The position numbers were made by a program, and so were the translations under genes. Below the pieces are notes generated by a model. That model worked only from the letters and a program-made list of their open reading frames with translations. It had not been told where the DNA came from and did not search any database. A stretch of DNA of 63,965 nucleotides, the filler included, from an uncultured bacterium (lineage in GTDB: Bacteria > CAZSTA01): NCBI GenBank assembly GCA_964609495.1. It is 11 parts of 11 records of this genome, joined end to end, with 100 filler letters (N's around TTAATTAATTAA, not from the genome) between each part and the next. Parts side by side here need not be neighbours in the genome. Positions count along the whole stretch, not along the records: positions 6,247 to 12,377 come from CAZSTA010000213.1; positions 12,478 to 18,589 come from CAZSTA010000214.1; 9 more parts are not named here. The stretch is one strand, 5' to 3'. Each line of letters begins with the position of its first letter. The first letter of the stretch is position 1. Shown piece by piece: positions 8,841 through 16,437 of this stretch.

Positions 8841-10369
8841 AAGTGATGCTATTAGTTCCTCCGGGAGGATACTACGCGGAGCGATGGAGTAAAGGCTCGC
8901 TTATGCCTCCTCTAGGACTAGGATATTTAGCGGCAGTATTGGAGGAAAACGATATACCTGTCGAGGTAATAGATGCTTATGTCGAGGGGTATTCCCTGGA
9001 GGAATTGGGTGAGAGATTAGAGAAGAGCAAACCCGATATAGTAGGAATAACTATAACTACTGAGAACCGCTTTGAGGGATTCGATACCGCAGTTATGGTT
9101 AAGGAGACTTTGCCTCGAGCTATCGTAGTAGCAGGAGGCCCCCATATATCCTTAGCTGCCGAGGATACTTTGAGAGGCATACCTCAGATCGATCTAGCCG
9201 TTAGAGGAGAGGGAGAATACACCCTCTTAGATATAGTGAGAGCTATTGAGGCCGAGGGGGGAATCCTCCCCTCTACCTCTCCTATATTTAGGGGGAGGAA
9301 TCCTCCTCTCCACTCCTCCTATATTAAAGGAAGTGGATTCGAGAATATAGCTGGCCTTTCGTTCCGAAGAGGGAATGATATCATTCATAATCCTCCCCGA
9401 CCTCCCATTAGAGATTTAGATTCCATACCCTTTCCTGCCAGACACCTATTCCCCTGGGATAAATACAACTTCTACCTAGATGTTCCTGGAAAGGGAAGGT
9501 TGCCAGCGGCTAATATCATAACCAGCAGAGGTTGTCCGTTCTCCTGCAATTTCTGTGCTTCTAGCTCGATGTGGGGAAGAAGATATCGCACCGCTTCTCC
9601 AGAGAGGGTCATCGAGGAGATCGAGCTGTTGAAGAGGGATTATAAAGCCAAGGCGATCTGGTTCTTCGATGATACCTTTAACCTAGAGAAGAGGCGCACG
9701 GAGAAGATATGCGATCTAATGATCGAGCGTTCGCTAAATTTATACTGGTACTGTGAGATTCGCGTTGATATCCTGACCAAAGATCTACTAGCTAAGATGA
9801 AGGAGGCGGGATGTTACTGCGTAGCCTTCGGGGTAGAATCGGGATCGCAGAGGATATTAGATGAAGTTATCGGAAAGGGAATCAATATTGAACAGGCAAG
9901 AAGAACTGTTAAGTGGTGTCGGGAATTAGGCCTCTTAGCTAATCCCTTCTTTATCCTCAGCCATCCGAGTGAGACCATTAAGGAGGCTGAAAAGACGATG
10001 AGTCTAATAAGGGAGTTCTCCCCAAATAGTCAAGTCAGCCTCTCCTTATTACACGTCTATCCGGGCACTAAGCTGGAGGAGACCGCTAAGGAGAAGGGGA
10101 TCATCCCCCCTGGTTTCTCCTGGACTGACAGAAATATGTCCGGAGTGATAACCCTTCCCTCCTCTCAAGGAAATGTTCCCCTCTTTATCGACCAGTTGAC
10201 TTGGGAAGATATCAGTCATTACCTCTTCAAATGGGCTAGCTTGCAAAATTACTCCGTTCTTAAGCGAATACCCCAAGCCTTGAAGTCTATTCGCAATTGG
10301 GATGACTTTAGGCGCTATTGGACTATGTTCAGAGCTTATGTTAGACATAGACTTGGAGGCGTCGCTTGA
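8837..10369 (+). CDS. Cobalamin-binding radical SAM protein
   Basis: PPLGLGYLAA and GGPH B12-binding motifs, SRGCPFSCNFC, GVESGS; carries a 24-aa repeat-derived insert. Confidence 0.9.
   Translation: MKVMLLVPPGGYYAERWSKGSLMPPLGLGYLAAVLEENDIPVEVIDAYVEGYSLEELGERLEKSKPDIVGITITTENRFEGFDTAVMVKETLPRAIVVAGGPHISLAAEDTLRGIPQIDLAVRGEGEYTLLDIVRAIEAEGGILPSTSPIFRGRNPPLHSSYIKGSGFENIAGLSFRRGNDIIHNPPRPPIRDLDSIPFPARHLFPWDKYNFYLDVPGKGRLPAANIITSRGCPFSCNFCASSSMWGRRYRTASPERVIEEIELLKRDYKAKAIWFFDDTFNLEKRRTEKICDLMIERSLNLYWYCEIRVDILTKDLLAKMKEAGCYCVAFGVESGSQRILDEVIGKGINIEQARRTVKWCRELGLLANPFFILSHPSETIKEAEKTMSLIREFSPNSQVSLSLLHVYPGTKLEETAKEKGIIPPGFSWTDRNMSGVITLPSSQGNVPLFIDQLTWEDISHYLFKWASLQNYSVLKRIPQALKSIRNWDDFRRYWTMFRAYVRHRLGGVA
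9254..9325 (+). repeat. Two tandem B repeats (35 nt each) in frame within the radical SAM CDS
   Basis: GAGGGGGGAATCCTCCCCTCTACCTCTCCTATATT (9254-9288) and GGGGGAGGAATCCTCCTCTCCACTCCTCCTATATT (9291-9325). Confidence 0.85.
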
Positions 10370-11256
10370 AATCTAGTTGGCAACTTCAGATATTCAATAG
10401 ATCACTCAAGAAGAGGCAGAAATTTGAGGTTGTTACGAGTCTTATGAACTCCACCGAAGATAAAGGGGAAGGAATCCTCCCCTCTATAAAGGAAACTTTT
10501 GCTTCAAACAAAACTCAAGGTTCAAAAGTTTCCTTTATCCCTTCTATATTCGGGAAGTGCTTGGATATCGGATGTGCTACTGGAGTTCTAAGCTATTATC
10601 TGAGACATAAGGGCGGCTATTGGATCAGCGCAGATATAGACGAGGAGAATCTATCGGAGACCAAGAGTCTGGTGAAGGAAAATGTAATTCGGATAGATGA
10701 GAGGAATTTGAGCTTTAAGGATGAGATATTCGATTGTGTTGTAGTTTTGGACTTTCTGGAGCATATCGAGGATGACGATGCTCTCCTCTCCGAGATCAGG
10801 CGAGTGTTGAAGCCGAAGGGCAAAGTCTATATAAGCGTCCCACGTATAGAGGGCTTACTCCTAATAAATAAACTAAAGAGACTTATCGGCATAACCCAGG
10901 AATACTATGGTCATAAGCGCCCCGGATATAGCTTTGCGGGACTACGAGATAAGCTTAAAAAGAACGGCTTTGAGATCTTAGCTCAAAGAACCTTCTCCAA
11001 GTTCTTCACCGAAGCGATAGAGCTGGTTATAAATTCGATATATATCCTTCTAGGCAAGAGAAAAGGAGAGGCCTTTAGACGAGAAGGACAACATATCTCT
11101 ATATCCTCAGCCTCCGAGTTTGAAACTCATAAAGCCTCATTTAAGCTATATTCTCTGTTATATCCTCTCTTGGAACTAATCTCCAAATTAGATAAGCTCC
11201 TATTCTTTGCTCCCGGCTATGTGCTAGTGATCAAAGCGCGTAAAGATGGAAATTGA
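10366..11256 (+). CDS. Class I SAM-dependent methyltransferase
   Basis: CLDIGCATG motif I, FDCVVVLDFLEHI, RRVLKPKG; TTG start overlapping the upstream stop. Confidence 0.85.
   Translation: MKSSWQLQIFNRSLKKRQKFEVVTSLMNSTEDKGEGILPSIKETFASNKTQGSKVSFIPSIFGKCLDIGCATGVLSYYLRHKGGYWISADIDEENLSETKSLVKENVIRIDERNLSFKDEIFDCVVVLDFLEHIEDDDALLSEIRRVLKPKGKVYISVPRIEGLLLINKLKRLIGITQEYYGHKRPGYSFAGLRDKLKKNGFEILAQRTFSKFFTEAIELVINSIYILLGKRKGEAFRREGQHISISSASEFETHKASFKLYSLLYPLLELISKLDKLLFFAPGYVLVIKARKDGN
10465..10550 (+). repeat. B repeat interrupted by an A hairpin (10486-10538), in frame within the methyltransferase
   Basis: GGGGAAGGAATCCTCCCCTCT[A element]ATCCCTTCTATATT; A arms ATAAAGGAAACTTTTG/CAAAAGTTTCCTTTAT form a perfect 16-bp IR. 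Confidence 0.88.
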
Positions 11257-11273
11257 GGGAGGAATCCCCTTCG
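11255..11273 (+). repeat. Truncated B repeat at a gene junction
   Basis: GAGGGAGGAATCCCCTTCG overlaps the TGA stop and provides GGAGG before ATG 11274. Confidence 0.55.
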
Positions 11274-12257
11274 ATGAGAATCTTAGTTACTGGTGGAACA
11301 GGATTTATCGGAAGCCATCTAGTAGAATCCCTTCTCAAAGAAGGGCATCAAGTTAAAGCTCTTATAAGGCGAACTAGCAACACCGAATACCTGGACAACT
11401 TAAACATCGAGTTAGTATATGGGGATATAACCGACGAAACCTCGTTAAGACCAGCGGTAAAAGATGTCCAAATCGTCTATCACCTAGCTAGCCTCTTAAA
11501 CCCGCTCAGAGTCCCAGATGATAGATATCGAGAGGTAAACGTCAAAGGGACTGAGAATCTCCTCGAAGCTTGCCTATCTGCCGATAAGATCGAGCGCTTC
11601 ATCTACTGTAGCAGTGTAGCAGTATATGGAAAATTAGAGCATATACCCACTAGCGAAGAATGTTTGTGTTCGCCAGATAATATTTATGGTTCGACTAAAT
11701 ATGAAGGGGAGAAGCTTGCTTTAGAGTTCTATCATCAACATGGCTTGCCAGTGGCGGTAGCTCAACCCGCCTGGGTTTATGGACCTCGAGATGATAAGCT
11801 TCTCAAACTCTGTCGAGCGATCATAAATAATTCCTTCGTGATGATCGGAAAAGGGGATACCCTTCGTCATCCAGTTTATGTGACGGATGTGGTTCAGGGG
11901 TTAAAATTGTGTGCCAAAAGGGAGTCTGCGATAGGGGAGGTGTATATTATAGCTGGCAAGGAAGCGCTCCCTATTAGAAAGATAATTGAGACCCTCGCTG
12001 ATATATTGGGGAAGAAAATTCCTCCTTTCTATATCCCGGCGTTTCTTGCGGAAGCGATCGCTTGGGTTTTCGAAAGGACTTTGCCCAAGATAGGAGTAGA
12101 ACCTATCCTATCCCAAAGGCGATTGGAATTTTTCACCAAAAGGCAAGCTTTCTCCATAGCTAAGGCTCAATTGAAATTGGGGTATTCCCCTCAGATAGAT
12201 TTAAAAGACGGCTTAGAGAGAACAGTCGAGTGGTACCGCGAGGAAGGATGTATCTAA
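11274..12257 (+). CDS. NAD-dependent epimerase/dehydratase (extended SDR)
   Basis: MRILVTGGTGFIG, YHLAS, YGSTK; ATG 11274 preferred over TTG 11253. Confidence 0.9.
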   Translation: MRILVTGGTGFIGSHLVESLLKEGHQVKALIRRTSNTEYLDNLNIELVYGDITDETSLRPAVKDVQIVYHLASLLNPLRVPDDRYREVNVKGTENLLEACLSADKIERFIYCSSVAVYGKLEHIPTSEECLCSPDNIYGSTKYEGEKLALEFYHQHGLPVAVAQPAWVYGPRDDKLLKLCRAIINNSFVMIGKGDTLRHPVYVTDVVQGLKLCAKRESAIGEVYIIAGKEALPIRKIIETLADILGKKIPPFYIPAFLAEAIAWVFERTLPKIGVEPILSQRRLEFFTKRQAFSIAKAQLKLGYSPQIDLKDGLERTVEWYREEGCI

Positions 12258-12312
12258 ATTCTAGATGGAGTTTAGATGTATAAATATTTAAAATTTAAAG
12301 GAGGCATGAAGA

Positions 12313-12377
12313 ATGAGAAGATTAGCTGTATCACTGGTGATCTTAGGGATGATCTTCTTAGTAGTAGCAGTAGGCTG
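12313..12377 (+). CDS. 5' end of a probable lipoprotein
   Basis: AAGGAGG SD, MRRLAVSLVILGMIFLVVAVG then TG cut by linker (lipobox if Cys). Confidence 0.55.
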
Positions 12378-12477
12378 NNNNNNNNNNNNNNNNNNNNNNN
12401 NNNNNNNNNNNNNNNNNNNNNTTAATTAATTAANNNNNNNNNNNNNNNNNNNNNNNNNNNNNNNNNNNNNNNNNNNN
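12378..12477. other. Artificial contig linker
   Basis: Same 100-nt linker. Confidence 0.98.
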
Positions 12478-12482
12478 AAGCT

Positions 12483-12517
12483 TATCTCAATGTTCCCTCT
12501 CCCCTTGCGGGAGAGGG
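12483..12517 (+). repeat. C repeat (BoxC-like) at contig start
   Basis: TATCTCAATGTTCCCTCTCCCCTTGCGGGAGAGGG, homologous to 43109-43143. Confidence 0.7.
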
Positions 12518-12590
12518 TAATAAGAAGTATAGACTAGTTATATCTTGAACTCACCTTTTATATTATGTAAACTTAAAGGAGATAATACCG

Positions 12591-13499
12591 ATGCTTAAAA
12601 TAAAGGGCTTGATATCCTTGATTCTAATCACTTTGGCTCTGATCAGTTGCGAAGGGGGAGTTTCCGTTGATGATTGGGGAGAGGTAGGCTTAAATTCCGT
12701 CTATATGTTAAGCTCCAATGAAGGTTGGGCGGTAGGAACTGGTGGTAGGATCTTACGTTATAATGGAAGTGCTTGGAATGAGGTTGAGAGTCGAGTTACT
12801 GACAACCTTTGGGAGGTGTGGATGACGAGTCCGAATGAAGGCTGGGCTATAGGAGGTTGGCCTAGTAGTGGGGTGATCTTGCGCTATCAGGATGGATTAT
12901 GGAATAAGGTATCGAGTCCTGCCGAAGGTTATCTCCTCTCATTATATATGCTCAACCCCAACGAGGGCTGGGCGGTAGGGAAGGATGGACTTATACTATA
13001 TTGGGATGGGGAGAGCTGGAGTAAGGAGAACAGTCCTGTCTCCTACGATCTTACCTCGATCTATATGCTCAGTTCCTCTGAAGGTTGGGCAGTTGGTAAG
13101 GGTGGTATTATCTATTATGATGGAAGCAGGTGGAATAAGTACGTGGGGTCTTCTGCTTTCCTGAACGATATCTTTATGTTAAGTAGTGATAATGGTTGGG
13201 CAGTTGGAGTCGGAGGGGTGATTCTTCACTACAACGGTAGTGGATGGAATGATGTGACCAGCCCTTCCCTCTATGATCTTAATTCGATCTATATGCTCAA
13301 TGCTACCGAGGGTTGGATGGTGGGAGAAGGAGGGATGATCTTCTATTATGATGGGGTGAATTGGTCGGAGAGAATTTCCCCTACCGATAAGAGCTTATTG
13401 GATGTATATATGATAAACAAGAACGATGGTTGGGCAGTAGGACGAGACGATGTTATACTCCATTATGATGGGACGAAGTGGGAATTGGAAAGTGGATAA
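12591..13499 (+). CDS. Lipoprotein with seven beta-propeller-type repeats (YCF48/BNR-like)
   Basis: LISC lipobox; repeated L.S.YM....GWAVG..G.IL.YDG..W units of about 39 aa. Confidence 0.8.
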   Translation: MLKIKGLISLILITLALISCEGGVSVDDWGEVGLNSVYMLSSNEGWAVGTGGRILRYNGSAWNEVESRVTDNLWEVWMTSPNEGWAIGGWPSSGVILRYQDGLWNKVSSPAEGYLLSLYMLNPNEGWAVGKDGLILYWDGESWSKENSPVSYDLTSIYMLSSSEGWAVGKGGIIYYDGSRWNKYVGSSAFLNDIFMLSSDNGWAVGVGGVILHYNGSGWNDVTSPSLYDLNSIYMLNATEGWMVGEGGMIFYYDGVNWSERISPTDKSLLDVYMINKNDGWAVGRDDVILHYDGTKWELESG

Positions 13500-13547
13500 A
13501 GAAAACTTTTGCTTCCAATAGAGTTCAAGGTAAAAAAGTTTTCTTTA
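13497..13547 (+). repeat. A hairpin
   Basis: TAAAGAAAACTTTT...AAAAGTTTTCTTTA, perfect 14-bp IR; its first three bases are the upstream stop codon. Confidence 0.85.
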
Positions 13548-13629
13548 AATAGAGAATGAGGATCGAGGGACTCTAGCGAGTTCTCTCTCCTATATCTATT
13601 TTTAAATCAACGAAAGGTGGTGCAGATTT

Positions 13630-15780
13630 ATGTTCAGCCAAAAAGGATCGATATTGCTTCTAATAGGGTTGATTTGCTACCTCATAGGCGCTTGTCTTCC
13701 TACTTTTGCCGAGGAGGAAGAGATTGTGCCTAAGGCAGCGGAGGAGAAAATCCTTGCGGAAGCCAAAAAGGTGCGTTTAACGGAGAAAGCTCAAGAGAAG
13801 CTTTTAAGGAATGGTTTTGTAGTTGTTCCAGAGGATAAATATAAGGATATATATGAGCTTTACAAGAATTGTAAGGAGAAAAATATACCGATATTTGTGA
13901 CGACAGATTCCATCCTTCATACCTCGCATATCCTCTTCGATTATGCGCTTCGTATCTTGGAGATCGAGAAATTATATGAAGCCGCGATCCTTCTCACCGA
14001 AGAGCTGTTTAAGGCCTCCATAGAGCAGTATGAGAAGTTCGATGATGAGAAGTTGAAGGAGGCCGCTAGGCTAAACGTTGCCTTCTTCGGAGTGGCTCGA
14101 AAACTCCTTGATTCAGAGGCTGATATACCTGATTATGTGAAGAAGGAGGTTGAAGCAGACCTTGTCTTCATCGAGAATCACAAGGGATTCGAATTCTCCT
14201 ATACTCTCGATAATAAAGAGGATTTCAGCCAATATGTGCCTAGAGGTCACTACACGAGAAACGATAAATTTAAGCGATATTTCAAGATGATGATGTGGTA
14301 TGGGCGGAGGATGTTCCGCGTTGACGAGAAAGACCCCTTTGGGGCTGGTAGCCCTCCCGATCATCCTCCGATAGAGAGTGGTTGGTTAAATAAAGAGGTC
14401 TATCCCCCCGAGGGGATCGCTGAGACCAGAAGAGCGCTTCTGATCTTGGGAATTTTGAAGGGAACTCAAGTGAAGGGAGAGATGGCGATCGATGTCTGGG
14501 GGAGATTATATGATCCCATCACTCTATTCGTGGGGGAATCGGATGATCTGAACGTCAATGATTATCTGGAGATAGCCAAGGAGATATACGGAGGAGTCCC
14601 CTCAGCCGAGGATCTCGTGGCGGATGATAAGATAGTCCAATTCGCCAAATCAGCGGCAGATAAGAGAGCGCCTAAGATCGACTCGACTGGAATGGGAAGG
14701 AAGGGATTCTCCTTACTTGGTCAGAGATTCACCCCCGATGCTTATATCCTCCAGAATCTAGTCTATCACGATGGTTCATTGCTCTATACTGGTAGGGATG
14801 TTGCTCCCTTCCCCTTCACCTATGTTATGACTATGGGGGGGCCAATTAGAGGTTTTCCGAGAGGGCTGGACGTTATGGCGGTCCTCGGCTCTGATCCGGC
14901 TTATGATATCCTGAAGGATCTAGGGGATACGCAATACAGTGATTATGAGAAGGAGTTAGCCGCCCTCAAACAGGAGTTCGGAAGCGACGAGGTTGACATC
15001 TGGGGAAGGACCCTCTATTACAGTTGGATAAGTTGCTTGAGACCGTTATTGGATAAGAATGGGGACGAGTATCCAGCATTTATGAGAACGAGGGCTTGGC
15101 GAGTTAAGGAGTTGACGACTGCTTTAGCCTCCTGGGCTGAGCTTAGGCACGATACGATCCTCTATGCTAAGCAGAGCTATACAGGGATGTTAAGGGCTAT
15201 ATCCCTCCCTCCACAGATGACCAAAGGATATGTAGCACCTAATCCTACTTTCTGCGAGCGAGTCGCAGATATGATGAAGCAGATGCGAGAGGGACTGAAG
15301 GAAAGGGGAATCTTACCAGAGGAGTTAGAGGATAAGATGGCCCAACTGGAGGATTTAGCAACGACCTTTAAGGTCATCTCCGATAAAGAGTTGAAGGGCA
15401 AATCCTTAACTGAGGAGGAGTACCGGAGGATTTGGGAGATAGGTGATGAATTGGAGAGTATTATCTCCTTCTCCGATGAGATCAAAGCTAAAGTAAGTTC
15501 AGAAGCGGATACTAGAATGGCTATAATCGCTGATGTCCACACCGAGAATAACACCAAGCAGGTGTTAGAGGAGGGAGTGGGAGATCCCTTCTCGCTCTAC
15601 GCCGTAGTAGAGATCGAGGGAGGGTATCAGTTGTTAAAAGGAGCGATTTTCTCCTATTATGAGTTCAAGCATCCTATGAAGGATAGACTGACCGATGAGA
15701 AGTGGCAGAAGATGTTGGAGGAGGAGAAAGCTCCCGAGCTACCCGAATGGACCACGATATATATGGAAAATGGAGAATAG
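13630..15780 (+). CDS. DUF3160 domain-containing secreted protein
   Basis: EDFSQYVPRGHYT, WAELRHDTILYAKQSY, IADVHT, FSYYEF, RLTDEKW; signal peptide. Confidence 0.85.
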   Translation: MFSQKGSILLLIGLICYLIGACLPTFAEEEEIVPKAAEEKILAEAKKVRLTEKAQEKLLRNGFVVVPEDKYKDIYELYKNCKEKNIPIFVTTDSILHTSHILFDYALRILEIEKLYEAAILLTEELFKASIEQYEKFDDEKLKEAARLNVAFFGVARKLLDSEADIPDYVKKEVEADLVFIENHKGFEFSYTLDNKEDFSQYVPRGHYTRNDKFKRYFKMMMWYGRRMFRVDEKDPFGAGSPPDHPPIESGWLNKEVYPPEGIAETRRALLILGILKGTQVKGEMAIDVWGRLYDPITLFVGESDDLNVNDYLEIAKEIYGGVPSAEDLVADDKIVQFAKSAADKRAPKIDSTGMGRKGFSLLGQRFTPDAYILQNLVYHDGSLLYTGRDVAPFPFTYVMTMGGPIRGFPRGLDVMAVLGSDPAYDILKDLGDTQYSDYEKELAALKQEFGSDEVDIWGRTLYYSWISCLRPLLDKNGDEYPAFMRTRAWRVKELTTALASWAELRHDTILYAKQSYTGMLRAISLPPQMTKGYVAPNPTFCERVADMMKQMREGLKERGILPEELEDKMAQLEDLATTFKVISDKELKGKSLTEEEYRRIWEIGDELESIISFSDEIKAKVSSEADTRMAIIADVHTENNTKQVLEEGVGDPFSLYAVVEIEGGYQLLKGAIFSYYEFKHPMKDRLTDEKWQKMLEEEKAPELPEWTTIYMENGE

Positions 15781-15788
15781 GATGTAAT

Positions 15789-15946
15789 TTCCCCCTCACC
15801 CTTAAAAGGTAACTTTTGCTTCAAATAGGACTCAAGGTTAAAAAGTTACCTTTTATCCCTCTCCCACGGGGGAAGAGGGGATTCTTAAGACCTGCGATCC
15901 CTTTTATTTCCCCCTCCCTTGACGGGAGGGGTTAGGGGAGGGTGAT
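15789..15946. repeat. Inverted pair of C repeats, the first interrupted by an A hairpin (15803-15855)
   Basis: CCCCCTCACCCT[TAAAAGGTAACTTTT...AAAAGTTACCTTTT]ATCCCTCTCCCACGGGGG and CCCCTCCCTTGACGGGAGGGGTTAGGGGAGGGTGA. Confidence 0.82.
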
Positions 15947-15997
15947 TTGAACAACTCTTCCCAACCTCCGATCTCAAGATGAGAGGGTGAGAGTATA

Positions 15998-16417
15998 GTG
16001 ACTCTTAATTCGCATCTTCCGAAGATCTCGCTATTCATCCTTTTGCTTGTCTTATTGACTATCTTGAATAGTTGTTCGTTCTCTCCAGTTAAAGCGGAAG
16101 AGAAAGCTCAAGTGGGAATGGTTGAGATCGGTATTGCCTCCTGGTATGGAGCTGAATTTCACAGAACGAGAACCTCTAACGGCGAGATATACGATATGTA
16201 TCAACTGACCGCGGCTCATCGTTCCTTCCCCTTCGGGACTATAGTGCGAGTCACTAATTTAGGCAATGGGAAAATCGTTATGGTTCGGATAAATAATCGA
16301 GGGCCTTTCATCAAGAGGCGAATAATAGATCTATCCTACGCCGCGGCGGTTCAGCTCGATATGGTGGAGCAGGGGATCGCCGAGGTGGGGATAGAGGTAG
16401 TTCAGACGAAGGATTGA
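15998..16417 (+). CDS. rlpA: RlpA-family (DPBB) lytic transglycosylase-like lipoprotein, no SPOR domain
   Basis: GIASWYG, LTAAHRSFPFGT.VRVTNL, RIIDLSYAAA; LNSC lipobox. Confidence 0.85.
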   Translation: MTLNSHLPKISLFILLLVLLTILNSCSFSPVKAEEKAQVGMVEIGIASWYGAEFHRTRTSNGEIYDMYQLTAAHRSFPFGTIVRVTNLGNGKIVMVRINNRGPFIKRRIIDLSYAAAVQLDMVEQGIAEVGIEVVQTKD

Positions 16418-16437
16418 GGGCAATCAAGGGGGAGTAG

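Noticed and set aside
9254-9325. CRISPR array from tandem 35-nt repeats
   Set aside because: Only two units with a 2-nt gap, no spacers, inside a CDS, and no cas genes in the window
11253-11273. MREESPS N-terminal extension of the epimerase
   Set aside because: It is B-repeat sequence; the family starts at MRILVTGG (ATG 11274)
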